A DNA stretch of 64,000 nucleotides. Source: Eledone cirrhosa (lineage: Eukaryota). Positions within the stretch are counted from its first letter, which is position 1, and each line of letters starts with the position of its first letter. Below, in pieces: positions 1 to 14,300 of the stretch. The stretch covers positions 222,456,001 to 222,520,000 of the forward strand of contig OZ024741.1 of assembly GCA_964016885.1 (NCBI GenBank). Reading direction: 5' to 3'. The notes below the pieces were generated by a model. That model saw nothing but the letters and a program-made list of their open reading frames with translations, did not search any database and had not been told where the DNA came from. Position numbers and translations under genes: made by a program.

Positions 1-3
1 TAT

Positions 4-92
<89 letters not shown>
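1..92. repeat. (TA)n microsatellite
   Basis: Direct TA dinucleotide run. Confidence 0.97.
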
Positions 93-98
<6 letters not shown>

Positions 99-295
99 AG
101 GGTGTGGAAAAAAAACCCCAGGTGGATGATAACCCACCAGTGTACTTGATACTTGAGTAGTAGAGTGGGTAATATGAAAAGATTTAGGACCCCGACGGCT
201 GAGATCCCTCCGTTTTGACAGTTAGATCCAAACTTGAGTTCGGATCTAGCTGTCGAAATGGCTGGAGCTCAGCCGTTGGGGTCCTGAATCTTTTT
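93..295. repeat. Fold-back fragment of an HHR-bearing pLTR/retrozyme family (related to 26783-26995 and 27950-28860)
   Basis: Inverted arms ~178-232 and ~238-293 (aaagatttaggaccccgacggctgag / ctcagccgttggggtcctgaatcttt); shares gtagtagagtgggtaat with 28010. Confidence 0.75.
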
Positions 296-304
296 ATATA
301 TATA

Positions 305-2410
305 TAAAGAAGAGAAAGACTGCTTTTATGAGCAACTTTTACAAACAGCCGCAATGACAGAGGACGGAGACATCGTTATGCTAGCAGGGGACTTCAATGG
401 TCATGTTGGGCAGCTCCAGGATGGTTACACTGGGGTACATGGTGGGCATGGTTACGGCTCAAAAAATGAAGAAGGAGTGAGACTTCTTGAATTTTGTGAT
501 GCAAGTGCACTAACCATTTGCAACACTAACTTCCAGAAACCTGCCAACTACCTAATAACCTACAAATCAGGCGAGCACATAAGCCAGATTGACTTCTTAC
601 TAGTTAGGCAGCGGGTCAGGCAGATGGTGTCAAATATCAAGGCATACCCTGAGGAAGAATGTACCCCACAGCATAGGTTAGTCGTTAGTGATATCTCAGT
701 AAGCAAGAGATGGAATGAGACATACAGGAAGGTGTGGGGAAGAAAGGTCTGGAAGCTAAAAGACCTTTCACTCGAATACAAATTTAGGAAAGCCCTTCAA
801 GATGTTTATGACGAAAAAGAAGACGACTTAGAGTCGTATGACATAGATGATAACTGGAATTTCTTACGTGACAATTTACTGCAGGCTACTGAAGAAACTT
901 GTGGCTGGAGCAGCTCCGACCAGACAGAGAGTGACCTGGTGGTGGAACAGCACGGTAGATAGGGAAATTAGAGACAAAATACTAGCATGGAATGCTTTGG
1001 AAAATGGTGGGAGTAGAGAGGGATATACAGCCGCTAAGAGAGAAGCTAGACGTCAGGAGTACTTAGCACGCAGGGAGGCTGAGAGTAGGAGGTTTGCCAA
1101 TGTTCTGTGAAGGGAAGATCAGAGACGTGTGGTGTTCCGCATTGCAAGGCAGTGTGTCAGTGAAACTCAGGATGTTGTTGGAGATAAGTGTGTCCGGAAT
1201 GATGCCAGAGTACTTAGTGTCACGAATGATCAGAAAAAGGAGGCCTGGAAATGTCATTATGAGAGACTGATGAATGTGGAGAATGAATGGGAGAGAGAGA
1301 AATTACCCCCAGTAGATCCGATAGAGCGACCAGCTATTGAGATTGATGAATATAGGGTCCAAGAGGCGATTAAGGAAATGAAAAATGGTAAGGCCGCTGA
1401 ACCGTCGGGGATAGTTGCTGAGGTGCTGAAGGCATCAGGGGACGTAGGCACTAAACTGGTTGCACGCATCATCAATCAAGCTATATATGGCTGTGTCATA
1501 CCCAAAGACTGGCGCAGCAGTATTCTCATAAATTGCTACAAAGGTAAAGGGGATGCTCTGGAGAGGAGCAATTATAGGGGCATAAAACTGATGGATCAGG
1601 TTATGAAAGTGGCAGAAAAGATATTAGCGCAACTAATTAGAGAAAGGGTCAAACTAGATGAGATGCAGTTTGGTTTTGTGCCTGGGAAAAGTACAACAGA
1701 TACCCTGTTCTTAGTGAGACAAGTACAAGAGAGGTTCTTAGAGAAGAATAAGCCACTATACTAAGCTTTTGTTGACCTAGAGAAGGCCTTTGATAGGGTA
1801 CCCGATTTGTCATCTGGTGGTCCCTAAGGAAACTAGGTGTTGAGGAATGGCTTGTGAGGACAGTGCAAGCTTTGTACAGAGGTGCTGTCAGGAAAGTGAG
1901 GATAGGAATGGAGTTTAGTGAAGAATTCCAGATACAAGTAGGAGTACATCACGGTTCGGTTCTCAACCTGCCCTTGTTCATTATAGTCCTCCAAGCCATA
2001 ACAGAGGAATTTAAGATAACATGGGAACTTCTCTATGCTGACGATCTGGTTCTTATAGCAGAATCAATAGAGGAGCTAGCGAATAAATTCTGGCTATGGA
2101 AACAGCAGTTGGAACCAAGAGGACTGAGAGTGAACCTAGCTAAGACAAAAGTATTGATGAGTAGAAAAGAGGACAAAACTCTGATTCCATCAGGAAAATG
2201 GCCAGGTTCGATAAGCAGAAAAGGAACTGGCATAAATTCTATAAAATATACACAATGTAGATCCTGGGTACACAAGAGATGTAGTGGAATAGCAGGCAAC
2301 TAATAAGTAGGGAGAGATACGTATGCAGTAGATGTACAGGGAAATTAGACAGTAGAAGTCGCATTGATAGACTCATTTTTCAAATGCAGGTGGGTGCTAT
2401 AGAAGTGGTT
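305..2410 (+). mobile_element. RTE-clade LINE, degraded ORF (APE endonuclease + reverse transcriptase)
   Basis: ORF pieces 354-962 (GDFNGHVG, SQIDFLL, HRLVV = APE), 1129-1764 (NYRGIKL, QFGFVPGKSTTD) and 1854-2303 (LLYADDL); stops and frameshifts. Confidence 0.93.
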
Positions 2411-2482
2411 GCAAAGCTAAAATGTATGTAGAGAATTATATATGGTAGTATATAATTGCCAAGTAGTTTTGGAAATAGTTCA

Positions 2483-2725
2483 ATCATCATCATCATCATC
2501 GTTTAACATCCATCTTCCACGCTAGCATGGATTAGACGGGTTTGTCCCACTTGAGGCAAGATTGGTCGGGTGACTGTGTCTCGCTCATATAGAACTGTTT
2601 CTGGCAAGTTTTCTCTGGTTGGATGCCCTTCCTAACACCAATCACATTTATAGTGTGGATTGGGAGCCTTTTTACTGTGTCTCCTACACGACCACTTTAC
2701 AGCGTGGACTGGATGTTCTGTGGTA
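2483..2725 (-). mobile_element. RTE LINE 3' UTR fragment with (GAT)n tail
   Basis: (cat)n cgtttaacatccatcttccacgctagcatgg matches the reverse complement of RTE 3' ends at 26100-26220 and 51880-52036. Confidence 0.8.
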
Positions 2726-2815
2726 CCAACAATGTGTTTATATATTATTGGTAGGAAGAAAATTTGGATTTTTTAGGGAGAAAAAGTTTGAAAAGCAGAC
2801 ATAAACATAGAGGAA

Positions 2816-3260
2816 ATATAATCAAATATATAGATGGAAAAATTAGCTTTGAAATCATTTTAAATTTCTTACTATGTTTCCAGAGAATTAAACATCGAAT
2901 TATTGGAAGAATGTTATGTGAAATACGTAAAATCAAGATCTATACAGACAAAATTATATACTGATATAATTTGTACAACTCCATCTTCAAAGGATTTTAA
3001 ATAAAAACGTATTAGATTAGTGTAAGGTGGCAATTGAATTTCGAATATACTCTACTTCAGTTTGATACATTTTTTTAAAATTCTCTGAAAATAGAGATGT
3101 TCAAATTATATCTGAATATCATTTTGTATGTATAGATCTTGATTATATGAATTTCACGTAAAATTATTCCTGAAATTTGATGTTTAACTCTCTTGAAACA
3201 TATGTAAGGAATTAAAAATGATTTACAAGCTAATTTTTCTATTTATATATTTGATTATAT
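2816..3260. repeat. Diverged ~210-bp inverted repeat (old fold-back insertion)
   Basis: aaaaattagctt/aagctaattttt, aatcaagatctatac/gtatagatcttgatt and ttaaacatc/gatgtttaa pair symmetrically about ~3035. Confidence 0.85.
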
Positions 3261-3279
3261 ACATATATATAGATATATA

Positions 3280-6200
3280 CTCAATGATATTAAATAAATG
3301 GAAACTATATTTATAAAACCATATTTATTCTATTATATATATATTTCAAGGGTACCAAACACTTTGGTACGCTTTCATCAAATAAAATACAAAGTATGTT
3401 TTATAAATTTTGAATTAGCCAAGGAACATACCTTAACGGTTGAAGTTTTCCTTGGATAGTGGACTTAGAGACAGATTTTTCAAAATTGTTAAGATGCGTA
3501 TGCAAATGAATATGTAAATGAGGTTGAGGTATATGTTTGAAAAAACGTTATTTAAGACGCTGTGGAGAATTTAGATATGTGTTTGTATTAGTAGGAAAAG
3601 AAAAAGAAAAAGAAAAAGAAAAAGAAAAAGAAAAAGAAAAAGAAAAAGAAAAAGAAAAAGAAAAAAGGAAAAAAGAAAAGAAGACATTTGTTGAAGAAAA
3701 GAAGATATTTGTTGAATTACCAACAAATTGAATATCCCTTCTGCTTATAAATAGCTCCTTTAATGTTGAGCACTTTAAAATATAACTGATTACAAAATAA
3801 TGGAATTCTTTAGGATTTCTTCTTCTCTAAAAATAAGGAATATCTAAAACAACTCATTGAGAAATCTGACTCCTTTATACGAAGACTTAGATGGCGAGCC
3901 TTCCATTTCGATAGAAAATCGGATGAAAAAATAAATAAATCCAGTTACAACTTTGATCTTATCTTCAAATCTAAGAAGAATCCACCTAGCAACAAACTAC
4001 TAACTGAATTTGAAAATGAAGTAATATCTATTATACAAAACATTAAATTTAAAACAAAAACAATTTATAGGCCAGGAATACCTTAAAGGCCTCAAGAATA
4101 ATATAGACAATCTTGAAAATATTAAGAAGATCCTCGTAAAATCTGATAAAACTAATAATTTATATGGGATGGAAAAGGACGAATATAATAACTTTATATT
4201 GAAAGAACTCAGAAAAAAACTACAAAATAACAACAAATGAAGATCTTTCAACGCTAAATAGAGAAGCTTCCGAAATTATTCATAAATTAGGCATCCAAAA
4301 TAGGACTGAACCCTTTATACCTAGAAAATCGAAAATTAACCTGAAAGACCACAAAAGAAATTTTGAAATAGAACTACCAGTCAGACTCATAGCACCATCT
4401 AAATCAGACTTAGGCATAATTAGCAAACATATATTAGATAGAATTATACCACAACTTAAAGAAAAATCACACCTAAAACTATGGAACGGTACTAACGAAG
4501 TTATAGATTGGTTCAATAACATAAAATTAAAACATAACAAAAAATTCATTCAAATGGATATTGCAAATTACTACTCCTCTATTACTCCTAGTTTACTTAA
4601 TAGGGCTCTTATCTACGCATCTAAACATACAGACCTATCTAGTGATGAAATGAATATAATTCTAACAGCACGGACACACTAATAGAATTCAATAATCATC
4701 TCTAGACAAGAGCCGACAGAAAAAACAATTTTGATATCACTATGGGATCATCTGACTCGGGGCAAATAACGGATCTTGTTGGTTTATTTATTAATAATGA
4801 ACTGCAGAGGAAAATGCCAGAGATGACCGGTGGTTTATACTGTGACGATATGCTGCTTTTAATTGAAAACCATAGCAATTGTGAAATTAATAGGAAAAGA
4901 AAATCCATAATACAATTCTTCAATAACTACATTAAGTTAGAAATAGAGAATAACTACAAAATCGTTAACTTCTTTTAAACCTTAGCACAGGTCTTTAATA
5001 TCCTTTCCATAAAATTAACGAAAATCTAAATTACGTAAGTTTTAACTCTAATCATCCTAGAAGTATTAAAAACACTATTGTCAATAGCGTCCAACAACGG
5101 ATTTCACGCATCTCTGCTAATAAAAATATGTTTGATGATAAGGCTGAATATTATAATGAAGCTTTACATAGAGCAGGATATTCGAATAAAATTAAATACA
5201 TTGATAACAATAACACGGCAAATCATCCTAGTATTAATTATAATAATAATAAACAATTTAACTTAAACACTAAACCAAACAAAAAAACTAGAACTAGAAA
5301 TATTATTTGGTACTCCCCGCCATTCTCATTAAGCGTTAAAACACCTTTAGCAAAGCTATTCTTTAAAGCACTAGATAAATGTTTTCCTAAAGCCCACAGA
5401 TACCAGTCTATTTTTAACAGGCAGACTATAAAACTATCCTACTCTACTACTATGAACATAGCACCAAAATATAAATATAATTAATAATAGAAACTTAAAT
5501 TTAAACCCTAACCAAAATAACCAAAATAGCAATAATAATATTTCTAGCAATATCCAGAATAATAGTACCGTTCCGAGCAACAACTCCATAAAATGTAACT
5601 GTAGAATCAAATCAAACTGCCCTTTACAAAATAATTGTTTAGATAAAAACGTATTTTATAAATGCACAGTTAAAACTAGAGATAAAATATTTAACTATGT
5701 TGGTGCCACTTCTATAAAATTTAAAGATCGCTGGAATAACCATAATCATTATTTTAAAAGATCTGATAAAAAAATCTTCTACTTCACTTTCACATCTTAT
5801 ATGGAACTTAAAAGGCAATAATATAGACTATTATATTATTAAAGCACCTGCGTACCGAAATATGGCTTTATCAAGATTCTGTAAATTGTGTATCGAAGAA
5901 ATTTTTTATATAATTAACTGTCAAACTCTCTTAATCTCAGGACAGAGTTATTTTCTTCTTGCAGACATCGCCAAAATTCCACGTTCAGAACTATGTTTAA
6001 TTTATAATATTCCTATAATCCTTCAAAATGATCCTATCCGCTTTAACAATTTAAAATTATTAATATTTTTAATATTTTAATATTTTTAAATGTGAATATC
6101 TCTAATATTTGTAATACTTTTACCTTTCAGCAAAAAATTTCTTTTAATATATATACATATATATATATTTATATATATATATGTGTATGTATATAATTTT

Positions 6201-7052
6201 AATTATTAATTTTTAATTTTTAATTCTTACATTATTATTTTTCTCATGACACCCTCTAAAGATATATTTTTTAGATGTAGATTGATAATCATTAACTGAC
6301 ATTAGAAGAATTTATCCTCTTCACGACAGTTTCTTAGATAAGCACAGTACATATCTCCTCTTTTTTGAATTTTCAAACATTCACACATTTTCGACTAAAA
6401 TAATTAATCTCACACTAACTCTTCAAATTTATCGATTAACAAACAAAATTGGAGTTATCTTTCCTTTCTCAATCAGGTAAACTTATTTATATATGTAACT
6501 TCGCTAAATTAACAATATTATGAAAACATTTTCAATGCTGAACAAAATATTCAAATCTATAAATTGTTCTCATCTCATAACTTGAAATACTTATTCATTT
6601 ACATAAAACACAAAATTAATCCCCTCGTAACTCATATTATAAACAACTAATAATTGTAAATTTTCTATATCTCTTTAATACATATGCAATTATTAATACA
6701 TACAGATATTTATACATATAACCTACTACAATATTGCAATAAGATAAATACTTACAAACATAATTCTCCATATAAGTATATACATAATATAGGTAAATAT
6801 TCACTATTTCCCCCAAATTAACGTAAATATAAGGTCTTCTTTTCTTTTTTCCTTTTTCTTTTTCTTTTTCTTCCTTTTCTTTCTTTCCTACTAATACGAA
6901 CACATATCTAAATTCTCCATAGCGTCTAAAATAACGTTTTTTCAAACATATACCTCAACTTCATTTACATATTCATTTGCATACTCATCTTAACAATTTT
7001 GAAAAATCTGTCTCTAAGTCCACTATCCAAGGAAAACTTCAACCGTTAAGGT
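3280..7052 (+). mobile_element. Penelope-like element (probably Naiad clade) with an upstream inverted 3'/pLTR copy
   Basis: Broken ORF ~3720-5980: FIRRLRWRAF, FDITMGSSDSGQITDLVG, GLYCDD, NIIWYSPPFS, CNCR..CPL..C, GIY-YIG, CKLCIEE. 3428-3690 is the reverse complement of ~6835-7052. Confidence 0.9.
3325..3389 (-). ncRNA. Degenerate type I hammerhead in pLTR (C3 to U)
   Basis: Minus strand: tattttat TTGATGA aagcgtacca..tggtaccctt GAAA tatata.. atagaata; homologous to the intact copy at 8645-8705. Confidence 0.6.
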
Positions 7053-7734
7053 ATATATATATATACCAAAGATATATATAACAAAGATAGCTCTTTAAAC
7101 TTCTTCGATCCTATTCTTATTCTAGCTAGGCGCACCATCCTCCACAGCTATTTAAGTCACCTTGATAGAAGCTACTTACCATGTCTATGAACCCTTTCCG
7201 TGACTTGAAGAGGTTTATATCATTAGCACTGTTCTTCTCAATTTCTCCTGTGCATCTTCTACATGCAAAGTTCTCCCTTCATATTAATCTACCCGTTATC
7301 ACACTATATCCTTTGTGTACAATGTATGACCAAGTTTTGATTATATAGATCTGTATTTAGGTTTGGTTTTTAAGGTTGGATGCCCTTCCTAATGTGAACT
7401 ATGTTGCAGTGTGAACTGGGTGCTTTTTATTGTGGCACCAAAACGACCACCTTACAGGGTGGATTGGATGATTTTTGTTGTCATCTATAAGAAAATATAT
7501 CTCTAATGTGGTATTTACAAACAGGATTGGAATAATGTTAGTCATTGTGTTAATGGTATGTTTTGCTCATTACTATATAAGTATTTCTAATTACGTATGT
7601 AATACTTACTAAATTAATTATGCTAATACTAAATTAACTATTGTTTTTCATGTTGAAAGTATGAGTAATTCAAATTAGTGAAAGGCAGGTGGCTGAATTA
7701 AATGCAAGAATTGCTGGAGCTGGTGTAATAATGG

Positions 7735-8115
7735 TTTCTACATTTGGCACAAGGCCAGTAATTATCCCAGTGCATTACTGGTACTTTATTTTATCGACCC
7801 TGTAGGATGAAAGGCAAAGTTAACCTCGGCGGGATTTGAACTCAGACCATAAAGGGCCGTAACTCCTCGCTGCAAAGCATGGCATCTGACCCTCTCCCGA
7901 TACTGGCAATCCACCATAATAATTATTTCTACTATTTAGGCACAAGGCCAGTAATTATCCCAGTGCATTACTGGTACTTTATTTTATCGACTCCGTAAGG
8001 ATGAAAGGCAAAGTTAACCTCGGCGGGATTTGAACTCAGAATGGCAAGGACCGTAACTCTATGCGTCAAAGCATGGCATCTGACTCTCTCCCGATACCTC
8101 CAATCCACCATAATA
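7735..8115 (-). mobile_element. Two tandem tRNA-derived SINE copies
   Basis: Minus-strand B-box GAGTTCAAATCC followed by core ttaactttgcctttcatcct..gtcgataaaataaagtacca; same family at 9820, 40270, 40496 and 56045. Confidence 0.85.
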
Positions 8116-8540
8116 ATGACCTATTTTCAGTACTTGGCCATGAGAAGAAAAGAATTAGGTGTAAATGCCAAATTCCTTATCTTCAATTCGATATTTGTAG
8201 CTAACCTTACCTATGGTCATAAATCTTGGTCAGTGACCAAAGGAATATGATCTCCAAAATAGGGTTCCTCTGAAGTATCTTCGGAGTAATGTTACTTGAT
8301 AGGGTGCATAGCTTGAAGATCAGGGAGTCACTCCACGTAGAGTTGATAGTTCTCGGCATTGAGAGATCACAACTTTAGTACTACAGGCGTGTAGTTAGAA
8401 TGTTTAAGGAAAGACTCACAGGACAGATTTTTACAGGCAAAGCTAATTGGCAGGAGACCAAGAGAATAATCACAAACAAATGGTTGGATTACATCCACAG
8501 CCTCAGTTTGTCTCACTTAGAGATCCTGAGATATCATTTG
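8115..8540 (+). mobile_element. Degraded RTE-like LINE 3' coding fragment
   Basis: Translates to KFLIFNSIFVANLTYGHKSW.., resembling the C-terminal region of RTE reverse transcriptases. Confidence 0.55.
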
Positions 8541-8644
8541 GTGGTGCGTGTATATACATATATGTAAATACATGCATATATATATATATATATATATATA
8601 CAATGATATTAAATAAATGGAAACTATATTTATAAAACTATATT

Positions 8645-8705
8645 TATTCTATTATATATATTTCAAGGGTACCAAAACTTTGGTACGCTCTCATCAGATA
8701 AAATA
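8645..8705 (-). ncRNA. Type I hammerhead ribozyme in an isolated pLTR fragment (8602-8775)
   Basis: Minus: tattttat CTGATGA gagcgtacca aagttt tggtaccctt GAAA tatata TA atagaata. Confidence 0.8.
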
Positions 8706-8774
8706 CAAAGTTTGTTTTATAAATATTGACATAACCAGGAAAGAATAACTTAACGGTTCAAGTTTTCCCTTTTG

Positions 8775-8810
<36 letters not shown>

Positions 8811-8814
<4 letters not shown>

Positions 8815-9783
8815 CCAGGTCTAGCAAATTGAGAAAAAGTTTTTAAATAAATTTTAAAAAATTCGCTGTACTCACTATATGTGCCTTTACCGCGGTTTCA
8901 ACTTCCAAAATAAACGGTTAATCCAAGCGGATCTCCATTGAGAAGGGAACTATCTTCAGAAGGCTCTTCTCGCTTGGAGAATATAAAATTTCCGAGTTTA
9001 AATCACAAACTGACGCCAACAAAACCATTTCCAGATGAGAGTGAATGATGAAAGAAATAATTCTGTCTGGTGCCGTGTGCAAATACAAAAGCAGGGTGGA
9101 CAGGTCAATGTCCTGCCACTAGAAATAGAAGCAGTCCAAACGGGCAAGTTTTATCTCAAACTTAGGGGAGATTAATAATAATAAAGTATGTGTTCCTACG
9201 TGTAAAAAATACATATAGGGATACAAGTATTATCCAACCGTATGCCAATGTGGTTCTATGGCGGGTTAATAAATTAACAAGCCAGAACATATAAAATCCA
9301 GGTCTAGCAAATAGAGAAAAGGTTTTTAAATAAATTTTAAAAAATTCGCTGTACTCACTATATGTGCCTTTACCGCGGTTTCAACTTCCAAAATAAACGG
9401 ATAATCCAAGCGGATCTCCATTGAGAAGGGAACTATCTTCACAAGGCTCTTCTTGCTCGGAGAATATAAAATTCCCGAGTTTAAATCACAAACTGACGCC
9501 ATAGAAAACCATTCCCAGATGAGAGTGAATGATGAAAGAAATAATTCTATCTGGAGCCGTGTGCAAAGACAAAAGGAACTTGAAACCGCGGTAAAGGCTC
9601 ATATAATGAGGACAGCGAATTTTTTAAAATTTATTTTAAAACTTTTTCTCTATTTGCTAGACCTGGATTTTATATGTTCTGGCTTGTTAATTTATTAACC
9701 CACCATAGAACCACATTGGCATACGATTGGATAATACTTGTATCCCTATATGTATTTTTTACACGTAGGAACACATACTTTAT

Positions 9784-9790
<7 letters not shown>
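8811..9790. mobile_element. HHR-bearing ~483-bp tandem monomer plus inverted arm (retrozyme/pLTR-like)
   Basis: aaatccaggtctagc at 8811 and 9294; 9575-9790 is the reverse complement of ~9175-9390; flanked by (TA)n. Confidence 0.85.
8883..8964 (-). ncRNA. Type I hammerhead ribozyme
   Basis: Minus: gcctt CTGAAGA tagttcc..ggaagtt GAAA ccgcgg TA aaggc; palindromic stem III. The second copy (~9365-9447) has a mutated core, GTGAAGA. Confidence 0.8.
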
Positions 9791-9819
<29 letters not shown>

Positions 9820-9821
<2 letters not shown>

Positions 9822-9923
9822 GTTTCTACTATTGGCACAAGGCCAGCAATTACCCAGTACATTACTGGTACTTTATTTTATCGACCCCGTAAGGATGAAT
9901 GGCAAAGTTAACCTCGGCGGGAT
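9820..9923 (-). mobile_element. tRNA-SINE 3' fragment
   Basis: Same sequence as the 7735 family. Confidence 0.8.
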
Positions 9924-9943
9924 TATTATATATATATATATAT

Positions 9944-10076
9944 ATAAAATATTAAACAAATAATGAATAAAACAATGAAACAGTTCCTTATATTAAACAA
10001 AAAAAGTTCAAAACTTTTTTTGTTTAATATAAGGAACTGTTTCATTGTTTTATTCATTATTTGTTTAATATTTTAT
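9944..10076. repeat. Near-perfect ~130-bp palindrome
   Basis: ataaaatattaaacaaataatgaataaaacaatgaaacagttcc.. mirrored about ~10010. Confidence 0.92.
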
Positions 10077-10217
10077 CTTGACTCTGTATACCGTTTATCT
10101 TTCACCGAAAGTGATTTTTAATTACATCTCTTCTTTCCATGATATCCGGAATACATTGAGTTCTTCATACGGATTGGACACTACCGTAAACTCTTGGTAG
10201 ATTTATCTACATATATA

Positions 10218-10248
<31 letters not shown>

Positions 10249-10260
10249 AGTATGTGTTCC

Positions 10261-10354
<94 letters not shown>

Positions 10355-10390
10355 TAGGGAGAGAGAAATACAAACACATACATATATTTA

Positions 10391-10431
<41 letters not shown>

Positions 10432-11344
10432 TTTGATTTTTAACATATTTAAATCAATTGTGAAATAACAATTCTTAGTACAAATGCTGCATAAACCACC
10501 GAATCAAGTCCCATAAAATTTCGGATCCATATTATATTGTTATATCGCTCAAATATTCAATTTTGTATTATATATTTTGTATTAAAAAAAAGAAAATGGT
10601 TATAAATGGAAGAAAACACCCTCTGTCTACACTATATAGAATAGCCAAATAACAGCAATTTCACCAACACCAGAAACTTGATACACCACCTACCCCATCA
10701 CACTAAATATAACAGCCAGATAACGGCAATTTCACCACAACCACCACCAATCCCAGCATCATAATAATAATTACTATTATTATTGTCTCAAGGTTTAACA
10801 AAATGTTTAATTCCAATTTTACGGGAATATGTCAACACAATATATATTAAACATACGAACACAAACTCATAGATACATATCACAAAACTCAGTAACGACA
10901 ACGCCACCACTCCATCCATCATTGCTACCATTATCCCATCACCGCCGCCACCACTCCTACATTGCTACCACGACTATTCCCCTGTTAACTTGAGAGAGAA
11001 AGGGGAAGGTGGCGGTATCACTAGACAAGGGAGAGGCTAGCAAAAGATATAAATAGATTGACTTAGTGACCTGGCCACCGGCCAAACGTCAACATCAACA
11101 ACTATGGGACTGCTGGCTCACCCCTTCCTCACCAACAATATAAAAAGCCCCGGCACCACCACCGACATAGCCAACAACAATAACAGGCAACTTCAACAAA
11201 AAGTATATTATATTATTGTAATGCACTGGGTGATTGCTGGCCTTGTGCCTGGAGTGGAGACAATTATTAATAATTTCATTCTTAAGCCACGCAATGCTCA
11301 CATTAAGGAACCACTCATGATAATAACAATTTAAAAAAACAACA

Positions 11345-14300
11345 AAAAGAAAACCCCGTGACCAAGAAATACCGGGATGGCGGCCGGCGGGGAATAGCCG
11401 TGTCTCTAGGGGAGAACGACCCCTCTAGTCTTGGTTGACACTCGTTCTAGAAGTGGTAACACGAAATGATTACCCCTTGGCGGATAAGGATAAAACGCGA
11501 CAAAATAAAGTAAATGTCTAATGATAAAATCTCATACCGGATCGGCCGTCACCTGGGTAAAAAAGGGCCGTGTCCCTCAGAGAGGAACCAGACTGGGGTC
11601 GAAAAATCAGCTAATGGTTCAAACCTTCCCATCACTTCGGAGCTGGAGACCTCCCATAACCGGAATACTCCTACTGTTGGCCCTCCATGCTCACCACCAA
11701 GAAATCCAAAGAAAAAGAGAGAAAAATGGTCAAGGGAAGATAATAAAGAAGTCCTGAGGCTTTCTACACTGCCATGTACTACCCATCAAATACATCGAAT
11801 ACAGAACAGACATATATCAACTGGAAAAAGAAACATCCCGAAAACAGAGGCTATATTGACAGTAACAAACTAGCCAATATACGAAGAAATATTGTAAGAA
11901 AAAAGTTACTAACTGATATAGAAATTGATCAGATCAAGCTATTAGCACAAAGTCAGCGAAGGAAAAATGAAACATGTGTCAGTGAAAACGAGGTAAATTG
12001 TAACACTTCGAATCCCAGGGTTGGGGCGGAATCACTGGCAACAGAACAAATTAAAGAAAGGATCGAAAAAGTGGAGGGAGTGCATGCTCAAGATGAAACT
12101 CCAAATGAAAATACTGAGATCGTAAATGATAAAGAAATGAATGAGAATGAACTTGCCAACTTGAAGGATGAAATTATGATCGAATGGATGAAAATGAAAG
12201 AATCTGACATGGGGCAACGAGACACCTTTCCTAAGATCCAGAACTCCAAACAGAACCAAAAGATAATACACAAGACTAACATAATTCTCAAAAACATTAT
12301 CATCACAAACAAACTAAACATTACTGATTTAAATCATCTATATTATGCATCGGCTAAAGTCACCACTCACTTATGTGGAGTGAAGATGAAAAAACAAAGG
12401 AATTCCCACAAGAAATCTACTTGGCAAGAGAACATCAATCGCCAAATAAACCTTCTCCGATCTGACATAGAAATTTTAACAAACTATAAAGTAGGTGAAC
12501 ATGTTAAACAAACTAAACTTAGAAAATTGAAAAAAAAGTACAGTATAAAATCAACATGTGACATAGACATGCTGATAGAAATAATCAAGCAAAAAGTGTC
12601 GGCCAAAGCTGCTCGTATAAGGCGCTTTGAAAAACGATCTAGATTCTATAAGGACAATAATATGTTCAAAAACAACCAAAGAAACTTCTACAGAAAAATT
12701 GGTAAGTCAACAATAACTGCTAAATCAATACCACCCAAGGAGGAAGTGCAATAATTCTGGGAAAAGATCTGGGCCGAAGAAAAAGTTCATAACATACATG
12801 CCCCATGGACAGACAGACAAATAAAAGATACAGCTCACCTTGAGGAACAAATATGGGAAAATATAACAGTTGAACAGTTGCGCTTGGCTCTAAGAAAAAC
12901 CAGCAAATGGAAATCCCCAGGAAAAGACAAAATACAAAACTTTTGGATAAATGCCTTCACAGAGTCTCATGAGCTGTTAGCCCAACTTTACAATGAAATA
13001 GTTAAGGAGCCAGAAAAGATACCAGCATGGCTAGTTAACGGCATTACATTCCTGCTTCCGAAGAATGATGAGACAAACAATCCCAAAAATTACAGACCGA
13101 TAACTTGCTTGACCACAATGTATAAAATTTTAACATCAGTCCTAACTGAATACACATATGACCATCTGATAACAAATGACCTATTTCCCATTGAGCAGAA
13201 AGGGTGTAAACGAGGCTCATATGGCTGTAAGGATCAGCTTCTGGTTAACAAAATGATACTGGAAGATTGTCATAATAGACACAAAAATCTATCGATTGCT
13301 TGGATAGATTATAAAAAAGCATTCGATAGTTTGCCACACAGTTGGATTGAAAAATGTTTAGAGATTTTCAAAATATCCCCCGTTGTCAGGAGGTTTTTGT
13401 CATTCAGTATGAAGACATGGAAAACGACACTCCTTTTGAATAGTGAAACAAAATCACTGGAAGCTGAGAAGTTAATATTAATTGTGGAATTTTTCAGGGT
13501 GACTCTTTATCACCGCTTTTATTCTGCATCGCACTTATACCATTAAGTAAAATGCTCAATGAAACAAAACATGGATATAAAGTCTATGACAAAACCATTA
13601 ATCACCTGTTCTACATGGATGACTTGAAACTATTTGCAAAAAATGATGAACAATTGCAAGGGCTATTATCCACTGTGGAGCAGTTCAGTGATGACATTAA
13701 AATGGAGTTTGGACTAGATAAATGCGCCAAAGCTACGTTCACCAGAGGAAAGCTGCTGAAGAGTTCAGACATTAATCTTGATCGGGGGAACGTGATAAGA
13801 GAACTTGATCAAGAAAAAACTTACAAATATCTAGGTGTTTGTGAAGGAGACGGAATCAAGCACTCGGCAATGAGGGAAAGGATAAGGAAGGAATGTTACC
13901 GCAGAGTAAGAGCAATCTTAAGAACGGAATTGAATGCAAGGAATAGGATCGATGCCATAAACACGCTTGCCATACCAGTAGTAACCTACAGTTACAATGT
14001 CATCAACTGGTCAAGCACAGAGAACCGTAGGCTCGATACAAAAATTCGAAAATTCTTAACCATGCGCAGAATGCATCACCCTAAGGCAGATATAGATAGA
14101 ATATATCTCCCTAGGAAAGAAGGAGGACGTGGGTTAATCCAGTTAGACATTGCGTTGAAAACTGCAACAATTGGATTATCTACATATCTAAGGGAATCAC
14201 ATGATTGGATGATCAAACTCGTTTTGAAACACGAAAGCATCAAAAGATCATATTCCATTACAAAAGATGCACAAAGATACAGTAATGGACTACAAATTTC

